From: Myxococcota bacterium
GTDB taxonomy: Bacteria > Myxococcota_A > SURF-8
NCBI GenBank assembly: GCA_963674735.2
Contig: CAXXQS010000002.1
Coordinates: 608,001 to 672,000 of the forward strand
DNA length: 64,000 nucleotides
Direction of reading: 5' to 3'
This document shows, piece by piece, positions 37,756-46,030 of the stretch (position 1 is the stretch's first letter; each line of letters opens with the position of its first letter). Below the pieces are notes generated by a model, which had not been told where the DNA came from, ran no database searches, and saw nothing but the letters and a program-made list of their open reading frames with translations. The position numbers were made by a program, and so were the translations under genes.

Positions 37756-38502
37756 CTAGGCGTCCAACAGAAAGCGGTAGGGGATGACGATCTGCACCGG
37801 AACGGGAGTGTCGCCTTTGTAGCCGGGAACGAAACGCGATTGTTTGGCGGCCTTGACGGCGGCGCGGGCCAGTTGACGATGGGAAGCCTTGAGCACCTTG
37901 ATGCGCTTGACGCGACCGTCCACGCCGATCAGGACGCGCAGTTCCACGAAGCCTTCCTCGCCCTCGCGTCGCAGCTCGGGCGGATACAACGGTTCCACCT
38001 TGTATTTGAACGAGGGGGTGCGGGAGAGTTCGTAAAGCGGCACCGGCGCGGGCTGCCCCTTCGCTTTCGTGGCGGGCAGAGGCGCGACCGCTTCTACCGG
38101 CGTGGGCTTGGTTTCCATGGTCTTTTCAAGCGTGTTGCCGACCCGCACCGCGACCGTCCCCGTGCCCTCCGCCACCGATTCTTTCGTCACACCGAAAACC
38201 GGCGGCGGCGGCGGCGTGTCGGCCTTGGGTGGCGGCGTTTGACGATTGGCACGCGGCGGTCGGGTCGGAAGCTTGGGTTTCGGTTTGGGTTTGGGCGGCG
38301 CTTCCACCGGCTTGATTTCCGGCGGTGCGTCAGGCGGCGGCGGCGGCGCAATCAAGGTCACCCGACTCGGTCCCGGCGGCGGCGGTGCGGCGGCGGGCAC
38401 GTATTCACCGACCCACAGAAATCCGACATGCAGCCCCAGCGACACGATCAGCGGCAACCAGATAAACGAGCGCTTGGGAGACGTAACCGAGATGCGAATC
38501 AT
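37756..38502 (-). CDS. tonB: Energy transducer TonB
   Basis: TM anchor SLGLH (SxxLH), Pro/Lys-rich linker, C-terminal 'P.YP...RREGEEG.V...I..DG.V', 'F.PG..G..PV'. GGAGG RBS. Confidence 0.92.
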   Translation of the reverse strand: MIRISVTSPKRSFIWLPLIVSLGLHVGFLWVGEYVPAAAPPPPGPSRVTLIAPPPPPDAPPEIKPVEAPPKPKPKPKLPTRPPRANRQTPPPKADTPPPPPVFGVTKESVAEGTGTVAVRVGNTLEKTMETKPTPVEAVAPLPATKAKGQPAPVPLYELSRTPSFKYKVEPLYPPELRREGEEGFVELRVLIGVDGRVKRIKVLKASHRQLARAAVKAAKQSRFVPGYKGDTPVPVQIVIPYRFLLDA

Positions 38503-38789
38503 CACAAACCTCCGCCGATATCAAAGGCCGCCCGTCCCGCCGGGACAGGGCGCGTTAACGGATGAACACCGCCGGGCCCGGAAACTGTCACCGCTGCCGC
38601 AAACGAAAAATAAACCGATATGAAATCAATTAGATACAAAGAAACGAAATCGATCTCGCGCCCCCCGGATCTCTCAGAAAAGCGTTGAGTAAAAAACAAT
38701 ACCATGCTAGGATTCATCGATATTCGGAAGTAGGTTCCGGCTGAAAACGCCCCCTAAATCATGAGATTCGAGAAGTTGGCGAGGTAGTT

Positions 38790-41003
38790 ATGAAAAGCAT
38801 AGCGCATGGTGTAATACAGGTTCTGCTACTCGGCTGTTTGATCGGCCTGCTGGCCGCCTGTTCCGGAACGTCCACGACGACCGTCGACGGCGACACGCCC
38901 GTCTATCAACCGGACGGCGATAACGAATTGCCCGGCGATGGCGACGACCCCGATGGCGACGACCCCGACGGCGACGACCCCGACGGCGACGACCCCGACG
39001 GCGACGACCCCGACGGCGACGACCCCGACGGCGACGACCCCGACGGCGACGATCCGGACGGCGACAGCACGGACGGTGACAGCACGGACGGAGACAGCAC
39101 GGACGGAGACACCGACGGCGACACGGACGGCGACGATCCGTGGCACTGCGCCGTCGATACCGACTGCCCCTGGGGCTTTGCCTGCGTGGTGGACGGCGAA
39201 GGGGACGGCTGCGTATCGATGAACGAATGCGACGACGACGACGATTGCCTCACCGATTACGAGTGCACCGCAGTCGCCAACTGGAATATCTGCCGCCTGG
39301 CCGGGGATGAATGCTCGGAAGAGCTACCCTGCAGCTACGGCTTCGCCTGCTGGCCCACCGCCACCGGACGTTTCGTCTGCCAGAACGCCAACGAATGCGG
39401 AACCGACGCCGATTGCGAAACCAACGAAGTCTGCATCGACGGTCCCGATTGGAAAATCTGCGAAAGCGACGCCAACGACTGCTACCAGCACACCGACTGC
39501 AATTTCCACTTCGCCTGCAATACCGACAACGAGCCCAACCGCTGCGAATACGCCAGCACCTGCACGTCCAACGACGACTGCAGCTTCGGCAATGTCTGCC
39601 GCCAGGTGGAAAACTGGAAAGAGTGCAAACTGGGCCTCAACACCTGTTCCTCCGACGCCGATTGCCCGCCCGACGAATACTGCCAGGGCGTTGTCGGCAG
39701 CTTGGGCAGTTGCCAATCGCGCAACGAATGCGAGAGCGACGCCGACTGCGGTGCGCAGCAACGTTGCGTCAACAACGGTCTCTACACCGAATGCATCGAC
39801 GCCCCCACCTGCGCCGTCCACACCGACTGCGAATACGGGTATCGCTGCGAAAACAACATTTGCGAATACGCCAACGAATGCAACGTGGATGACGAGTGCG
39901 GTCCCAACGCGCGCTGCCTGCGCGACGGCGAAAACTGGAAAATCTGCGTGGGCATGAACACCGAATGTTCCGATCACAGCGATTGCCAGTTCGGCTACAT
40001 GTGCAATTCGGACGTCAACCCGGCCGTGTGCGCCTACGCCAGCACCTGCAGCTCGGACGAGGATTGCGGTTCCATGGAGGCCTGCGAGGTGGTCGAAAAC
40101 TGGAAGGAATGCAAATTCGACTGGTCCTTCGACTTCTGCGGATCCGACGCCGACTGCGAGCCGGATGAATTTTGCGAGAGCGTGCTCGGCAGCTACGGCA
40201 CCTGCAAATCGCTCAACGAATGCAGCGACGACACCGACTGCCCGGCCGACTACGTTTGCGAGAACAACGGCACCTACAACGAATGCGTCGAAGCCAACCC
40301 CTGCCAGCAGAACACCGATTGCGCCATCGGGTATCGCTGCGTGGTGTCCGATCCGCGCAACTACTGCGAATACGCCAACGAATGCGCCTCCGACGCCGAC
40401 TGCGAAGCCTGGCAGTCCTGCCAGGTGGAGGGCAACTGGACGGTCTGCAAGCTGGCCTGGAACAATCCCTGCACCTCCGACGACGGCTGCGCCGCCGATG
40501 AATGGTGCGACCTGACCGTCGGCCCCATCGGTATCTGTCGCTCGCGCGACCAGTGCATGGTGGACGGCGATTGCGGCGAGGGTCTGGTGTGCGAGGACAA
40601 CGGCACCTACAACGAGTGCGTCCCCGCCACCGAACAGAACTGCTGGTTCGACTTCCAGTGCCCGGAAAACTGGAACTGCGTCGATGGCCAATGCCAACCC
40701 ACTTACGCGGGTATGTGCGAGAATGTGGAAGGCCAGTGGACGGTCTGGTTCTCGTCGCCGACCTGCCTGCTCATCTCGGCCGGCACCGTGCTGGAGTTCA
40801 TGCCTGAGGACGGTTGCGACGGAGCGGTGAAAACCATCAACTCACCCATCGACCTGGGCACCTTCACCGAAACCTCCACCGGTCACTACGATGTCAGCTT
40901 CGGTTTCATCTACCAATGCACCGCCACCGTCACCCTGGGCACGCTGATGAGCATGGATTGCCCGGTCGGCTGCGGCGGCATCCAGTTGTCACGCGGCTTG
41001 TAA
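38790..41003 (+). CDS. Cys-rich lipoprotein with DGD stalk and 19 four-Cys (CxxDxDC, Dickkopf-N-like) repeats
   Basis: GAGG RBS, lipobox LAAC, 19 C-x5-C-x5-C-xn-C units, C-terminal ~95-aa beta-rich domain. Confidence 0.8.
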   Translation: MKSIAHGVIQVLLLGCLIGLLAACSGTSTTTVDGDTPVYQPDGDNELPGDGDDPDGDDPDGDDPDGDDPDGDDPDGDDPDGDDPDGDDPDGDSTDGDSTDGDSTDGDTDGDTDGDDPWHCAVDTDCPWGFACVVDGEGDGCVSMNECDDDDDCLTDYECTAVANWNICRLAGDECSEELPCSYGFACWPTATGRFVCQNANECGTDADCETNEVCIDGPDWKICESDANDCYQHTDCNFHFACNTDNEPNRCEYASTCTSNDDCSFGNVCRQVENWKECKLGLNTCSSDADCPPDEYCQGVVGSLGSCQSRNECESDADCGAQQRCVNNGLYTECIDAPTCAVHTDCEYGYRCENNICEYANECNVDDECGPNARCLRDGENWKICVGMNTECSDHSDCQFGYMCNSDVNPAVCAYASTCSSDEDCGSMEACEVVENWKECKFDWSFDFCGSDADCEPDEFCESVLGSYGTCKSLNECSDDTDCPADYVCENNGTYNECVEANPCQQNTDCAIGYRCVVSDPRNYCEYANECASDADCEAWQSCQVEGNWTVCKLAWNNPCTSDDGCAADEWCDLTVGPIGICRSRDQCMVDGDCGEGLVCEDNGTYNECVPATEQNCWFDFQCPENWNCVDGQCQPTYAGMCENVEGQWTVWFSSPTCLLISAGTVLEFMPEDGCDGAVKTINSPIDLGTFTETSTGHYDVSFGFIYQCTATVTLGTLMSMDCPVGCGGIQLSRGL
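38937..39140 (+). repeat. Coding tandem repeat: DGDDP x8 (15 bp), DGDST x3, DGDT x2, DGDDP
   Basis: GACGGCGACGACCCC repeated near-perfectly over 38937-39056. Confidence 0.95.
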
Positions 41004-41031
41004 ACCGCCGTTTTTTATCGGCAATCTCACG

Positions 41032-41056
41032 GCCGCCCTTCGGGGCGGCTTTTTTT
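41032..41056 (+). terminator. Intrinsic terminator
   Basis: GCCGCCC-TTCG-GGGCGGC followed by T7. Confidence 0.85.
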
Positions 41057-41290
41057 GGGGGGAGAGAAACTCCGACTCGCGGCCAATGGACGGAGAGGCG
41101 ATCGAAACGGAATCGCTGAAAATCATCCTTCCACCGCTTTTCCTTCATTTCGATTGACGAAAGGTCGATTCGTTGGTAGAACGGCATCCAATGCGCACGA
41201 TCTGAGACCTGGCAGCGATTCGTTCAGCGAATGTAGCTTTTCAAGTGGAATTCCAAGACCAACGGTTTCCCGGGAGAAAAGGAGCAAACC

Positions 41291-42466
41291 TTGCAGGGGA
41301 TTAAAAACGGCATCAATTTCTTGTTGGAGAATAGCCTCTTCCTAATCGGCGGCACCATCGCGGCGTTGCTGATGGCCAACATGGATCACGAAAGCTATCA
41401 CCACATCATCCACGCCGAACTGTTCAAAGGCGTCAACTTCCACTTCCTTGTCAACGACGTCCTGATGTGCTTCTTCTTCGCGTTGGCGGCCAAGGAAATC
41501 TGGGAAGCCCTGCTCCCCGGCGGCGCGCTCAGCTCGCCCAAGAAAGCGGCCACCCCGCTGATCGCCACCGCAGGCGGCGTGATCGGACCGGCCTTGCTTT
41601 ACCTGGCGGGCGTCCACTTTTTTGAAGCCAGCGAACTCACGCGCGGCTGGGCCATCCCCTGCGCAACCGACATCGCCTTTTCTTACCTGGTGGCGCGCCT
41701 GGTGTTCGGCAAGGGACACCCGGCCATCCCCTTCCTGCTGCTGCTGGCCATCGCCGACGACGCAGCGGGCCTGATCATCCTGGCGGTGGCCTATCCCACC
41801 GGCGAAATGCACCTCGTAACGTTCTTCCTGGCCCTGGGCGGAGCCATCGCCTTCAACCTGCTGGTTCTGCGTAAGATGCTGAATATTCAGAACTTCTGGG
41901 CCTACTTACTGATCGCCGGACCGGTCGCGTGGTACGGGTTCCACGAGGGCGGCATTCATCCCGCCCTGGCGCTGGTACCCATCATTCCCACTCTACCGCA
42001 TGCCAAACATGACGACGGGCTGTTCGAAGGAACCCAAACCGATTATCCGCACGACCCGCTCAATGCCTTCGAACACTGGTGGAAAAATCCGGTGGAACTC
42101 ATCCTGATGCTGTTCGGATTCGCCAACGCGGGCGTGGCGCTTTCGGCCATGGGCCTCGGCACCTGGCTGGTCACCGGCGGTCTGCTGATCGGAAAACCGG
42201 TGGGTATCTTCCTGTGCACCCTCGTCGCCGTCAAACTGATGCGGCTTGAAATGCCTCAGGGCATGAACTTCCGCGATGTGGTGGTGCTCGGCTGCATGGC
42301 CGGTATCGGCTTTACCGTTGCGCTGTTTGTGGCCACCGTGGCCTTCCCGGCGGGCGATACCCTCGACGCGGCCAAGATGGGCGCCCTATTCTCCTTCGCC
42401 GCGGCCATCGTTTCCTTTGTCGTCGCCATCGTTTTGCGCGCCGGCCGATTCGCCCCCAAAGCCTGA
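41291..42466 (+). CDS. nhaA: Na+/H+ antiporter NhaA
   Basis: VNDVLM.FFF, GWAIPCATDIAF, LAIADD, FANAGV, GKPVGI, GIGFTVALF. TTG start behind AAGGAG. Confidence 0.93.
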   Translation: MQGIKNGINFLLENSLFLIGGTIAALLMANMDHESYHHIIHAELFKGVNFHFLVNDVLMCFFFALAAKEIWEALLPGGALSSPKKAATPLIATAGGVIGPALLYLAGVHFFEASELTRGWAIPCATDIAFSYLVARLVFGKGHPAIPFLLLLAIADDAAGLIILAVAYPTGEMHLVTFFLALGGAIAFNLLVLRKMLNIQNFWAYLLIAGPVAWYGFHEGGIHPALALVPIIPTLPHAKHDDGLFEGTQTDYPHDPLNAFEHWWKNPVELILMLFGFANAGVALSAMGLGTWLVTGGLLIGKPVGIFLCTLVAVKLMRLEMPQGMNFRDVVVLGCMAGIGFTVALFVATVAFPAGDTLDAAKMGALFSFAAAIVSFVVAIVLRAGRFAPKA

Positions 42467-42474
42467 CTCTCGTC

Positions 42475-42517
42475 ACGGCGACGGACCCTCCCATGGGTCT
42501 GTCGCCGTTTGTTTTTT
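42475..42517 (+). terminator. Intrinsic terminator
   Basis: ACGGCGACGGACCC...GGGTCTGTCGCCGT followed by a T-rich tail. Confidence 0.75.
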
Positions 42518-42653
42518 CCCGACTATTGAAGAGCGATGAAATACATGTTACCCTTTCTCCATCTAGGAGTTCGACGTTTCGGCTATCACAAGCCCGTTGC
42601 TCGACGAGACTGTCTCGGCGAGCATCACGCCTGAGGGGATCGGCTATCGACGT

Positions 42654-43817
42654 ATGATCGCAACACGGATTACACCGCTACGCAGCGAGAGCGACTGGCA
42701 GGACTGTCGGGAGCGCCTGCAGGCCTTCGAAAAGCTCTGCGCCCCCGATTGTTTCATGAGCTGGGCCTACCAGCACGCCGTCTGGAAGCTGGTGGCTCCC
42801 GAAAAAACCTGCTGGCTCATGGAAGTCGGTGCCCACGGCGAACCCTTGGCGACCGCCCTCTGGGCCGAAGCCACCACCACCCGCTGGCTCACCAATTTTC
42901 GCATTCTGCGCAGCCTGGATTACAACGTGATGCAGATGGCCCCCATGATGCTGCGGGCCGGACGCGAGCGGGAAGCCTGCCACGCCCTGGTGGACGCCCT
43001 GCCCAAACTGGCCAACGCCAGCCAGACCAATCTGGTGCGCCTGTACAAAATCAATGCCGAAAGCGCCCAGCCGCTCATCGAGGCCTTGAAAACGCACGAT
43101 GTACCCCACCAGGTACGCCCCTTCAACCGCTCCCATCGCATCCTCCTGACCGACGATCTCAACGAGTATTTCGCCCAGAAATCCAAGAAATCGGTGCGCA
43201 ACATCCGACGGCTGGGCAAGAATCTCGAAAAAGACCTGGGCGGCGAACTCAACCTGCAGCGTCATCGCGGCGCTTTCTGCGAACGGCCCGACTTCGAAAC
43301 CGACCTGCAAAAATTCGAAGATCTGCGCTGCCGTTCCTGGCAACTCTCCCAAAGCGGCGGAAACGGTCACGTCCATGGGAAAGACGTCATGGCTTTTTAC
43401 CGTGAAGCCTGCGAAGACTGGAAACAGAAAGGATGGCTGGATTTGATCGTGATGCAGGCCGGAGAAACGCCCGTAGCCGGACAGCTCAACGTCATCATCG
43501 ATCAGACTCAATGGGTGGTGCTCACCGCCTACGACCAGAAACTGGCGCGCTACTCCCCCGGACGCGTGATGTTTTATCGCCAACTGTTCGACAGCTTCGT
43601 CATGGGCGACCGCCTGGTGGACTTCGGCGGCGAGAACGAAGATTGGAAACAGTACTGGTCTAACGACACGCAGGACACCCTGCAGATTTCCTGGGCCATG
43701 CGCGGGCTTAAAAGCGCGGTCTGGTCGTTGGCGCAAAAACTCTTGCGCTCGGGCGACGGCAAAATGCCGCTTCCCATCGTCAACCGCAACTCCATCAAAG
43801 GAAACGAAACAGGTTGA
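42654..43817 (+). CDS. GNAT acetyltransferase (CelD/BcsL-like, Acetyltransf_6)
   Basis: 'FMSWAY', 'KK..RNIRR', 'AYD...ARYSPG', 'DFGGENEDWK..W'. Confidence 0.8.
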   Translation: MIATRITPLRSESDWQDCRERLQAFEKLCAPDCFMSWAYQHAVWKLVAPEKTCWLMEVGAHGEPLATALWAEATTTRWLTNFRILRSLDYNVMQMAPMMLRAGREREACHALVDALPKLANASQTNLVRLYKINAESAQPLIEALKTHDVPHQVRPFNRSHRILLTDDLNEYFAQKSKKSVRNIRRLGKNLEKDLGGELNLQRHRGAFCERPDFETDLQKFEDLRCRSWQLSQSGGNGHVHGKDVMAFYREACEDWKQKGWLDLIVMQAGETPVAGQLNVIIDQTQWVVLTAYDQKLARYSPGRVMFYRQLFDSFVMGDRLVDFGGENEDWKQYWSNDTQDTLQISWAMRGLKSAVWSLAQKLLRSGDGKMPLPIVNRNSIKGNETG

Positions 43818-43913
43818 CACAACACAAAAATTCCCGGTCGATTCGCCCCCAAAGCCGACCCGACATAACCCCCCTGAACTACTTACTAATTGCTGCAGCC
43901 TTTCATTATTTTC

Positions 43914-43943
43914 TTGTCAATCGGACACCCAACACTGTATGCT
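43914..43943 (+). promoter_or_regulatory. Possible sigma-70 promoter of the HK/RR pair
   Basis: TTGTCA-N18-TATGCT in an AT-rich gap. Confidence 0.35.
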
Positions 43944-43978
43944 GGGTGTATTCAGAAACCACAGGATTATAATGCCCT

Positions 43979-45553
43979 TTGGCTGGGAGGCTCCCGATTA
44001 CCAAGCGCCCCAATCATCCCGATTCGAGTCCGCAAGAAACCGCTGTTTTGCAGCGACAGATAGATGATTTGCGCCGACGTCTGGCCCAACACGAGCCGGT
44101 CGAAGGAGCCTTGCGTATTTTTCGCAATCTCTACGAAGCCATGACGGAAGGCGTGGCCTTGCATGAAGTGGTGGTCGACGCCGACAGAAAACCGATAGAC
44201 TACCGCATCATGGAGGTGAATCCCGCCTACGAATCCATCATCGGCATCCGCCGCGATGAAGCACGCGGCAAACTGGCTTCCGAGCTATACGGCACCAGCT
44301 CGCCGCCTTACCTCAAAGAATACAGCCATGTGGCCTTCTCCGGGGTGCCGGTCTCATTCGACACCTATTTTCCCCCCATGGACAAACATTTCACGATCAA
44401 GGTGTTTTCGCACCATCCCGGTCATTTCGCCACCGTATTCGAAGATATTACCAGCCGCAAACAAGCCGAAGAAAAGATCCGAAAGAGCGAAGAGCTGTTT
44501 CGCACCATTGCTGAAAAAGCGGTGGATTCGATCTTTACCAAAGATCTCGACCGGCGCTATACCTTCGTCAACCCCGCCATGGCGCAGGTCTTCGGCGTGG
44601 ACGGAGCGACGCTGATCGGCAAGACCCCAGGTGAACTCTTCGACGCAGAAACGGCCGCCATCATCGACGAAGTGGACATCGCAACGCTTGAGGGGCATGT
44701 CGTCGATGAAATCCGACGCTTGAGTCTGGGTGACGAATCGCGCGACTTCCATACCGTCCAGGTTCCCTTGAAACACAACGGCGGTGACGTTTACGGCATG
44801 TTGGGATTCGTACGCGATGTGACCGAGAAAAAACGGCGGGAAACGGAATTGCGGCACCAGCAAAAACTGGAAGCCCTGGGAACTCTCGCCGGAGGGGTCG
44901 CCCACGAGATCAACAATCCCATCAACATCATCGCCAATTATGCCGAACTGATTCAAAGCCGGGTTTCCCCGGACGACACAATCGCCGATTATTCACAGGA
45001 AATCCTGTCTGAAAGCGACCGGATCGCCAAAATCGTCGCAAACCTGCTGGCTTTCGCACGCCAGGATATCGAGGAACCGGCTCCGGCAATCATGCCCGAA
45101 ATCATCGAAACCACCTTGTCGCTGACCGGGAAAATCCTCACCCAACACCACATTGAACTCAAGCTCGAACTGCCCGCGGATCTCCCCTCGATCACCTGCC
45201 GCCGCCAACAGATCATGCAGGTTCTGCTCAATTTGTTGACCAACGCCAAAGACGCGCTCAATGATAAGTATCCCCAGTATAATGAAGATAAGATCATCCA
45301 CATCAGTTGCAAAGTCGTGCAGCGCGGAAACGCTCGCTGGCTGCGCTGCATCGTGAAGGACCACGGCACCGGAATTCCGGCGGATCAGATCGAAAAGGTG
45401 TTCGATCCTTTCTACACAACCAAAGCCCCTCACAAGGGGACGGGACTGGGCCTCGCCATCAGCCACAACATCATTACGGAGCACGGCGGCGAGTTACGAA
45501 TTGAAAGTCGGCCGGGGAGCTATACCCGATTCATCATCAATCTCCCCGTCTGA
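43979..45553 (+). CDS. Cytoplasmic PAS-PAS sensor histidine kinase
   Basis: Two PAS domains (EDIT, RDVT ends), AHEINNP, NLLTNAKDA, DHGTGI, FDPFYTTK, GTGLGL. Confidence 0.93.
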   Translation: MAGRLPITKRPNHPDSSPQETAVLQRQIDDLRRRLAQHEPVEGALRIFRNLYEAMTEGVALHEVVVDADRKPIDYRIMEVNPAYESIIGIRRDEARGKLASELYGTSSPPYLKEYSHVAFSGVPVSFDTYFPPMDKHFTIKVFSHHPGHFATVFEDITSRKQAEEKIRKSEELFRTIAEKAVDSIFTKDLDRRYTFVNPAMAQVFGVDGATLIGKTPGELFDAETAAIIDEVDIATLEGHVVDEIRRLSLGDESRDFHTVQVPLKHNGGDVYGMLGFVRDVTEKKRRETELRHQQKLEALGTLAGGVAHEINNPINIIANYAELIQSRVSPDDTIADYSQEILSESDRIAKIVANLLAFARQDIEEPAPAIMPEIIETTLSLTGKILTQHHIELKLELPADLPSITCRRQQIMQVLLNLLTNAKDALNDKYPQYNEDKIIHISCKVVQRGNARWLRCIVKDHGTGIPADQIEKVFDPFYTTKAPHKGTGLGLAISHNIITEHGGELRIESRPGSYTRFIINLPV

Positions 45554-45589
45554 AAATGATTGCAACCTCTCAATCGAGAAGAGAAAACA

Positions 45590-45982
45590 ATGGCTAACAT
45601 TCTGATTATCGATGATGAACTCGGTATCAGGAAAACTCTCGGCCTTTTTCTCGAAATACGCGGACATCGAACCTACTTGGCCGAGGACGTCCGCACCGGA
45701 CTCTCCACCCTGGCCGCTCAGCACGTCGACGCGGTGATTTGCGATGTGCTGCTACCGAACCGCTCCGGCCTGGAATTTCTGGAAGAAGTTCGAAAGTCGC
45801 AACCCACCCTGCCGGTCATCATGATCAGCGGCGAACCGACCCGGCGTGTCAAGCAAATCGCTAAAAACCTGAACGCCTACGACTTCCTGGCCAAACCCAT
45901 CCACAGCGACACGATCTGCAAATTGGTCGATCAAGCACTGGGGAGCGTGCGAACGACATCGCACTCCAAACCCGAATTCTAG
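45590..45982 (+). CDS. Single-domain response regulator
   Basis: ILIIDDE, ICDVLLP, ISG, AKP; no output domain. Confidence 0.9.
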   Translation: MANILIIDDELGIRKTLGLFLEIRGHRTYLAEDVRTGLSTLAAQHVDAVICDVLLPNRSGLEFLEEVRKSQPTLPVIMISGEPTRRVKQIAKNLNAYDFLAKPIHSDTICKLVDQALGSVRTTSHSKPEF

Positions 45983-46030
45983 TCGGACATCGGCGAGCAC
46001 GGATCGGACAGAGCCCAGACAAACCGCAAC

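Noticed and set aside
38506-38600. Hairpin GCCCGTCCC-GCC-GGGACAGGGC upstream of tonB, considered as a cobalamin riboswitch
   Set aside because: No B12-box or other conserved riboswitch motifs are recognisable; it is a single GC-rich stem.
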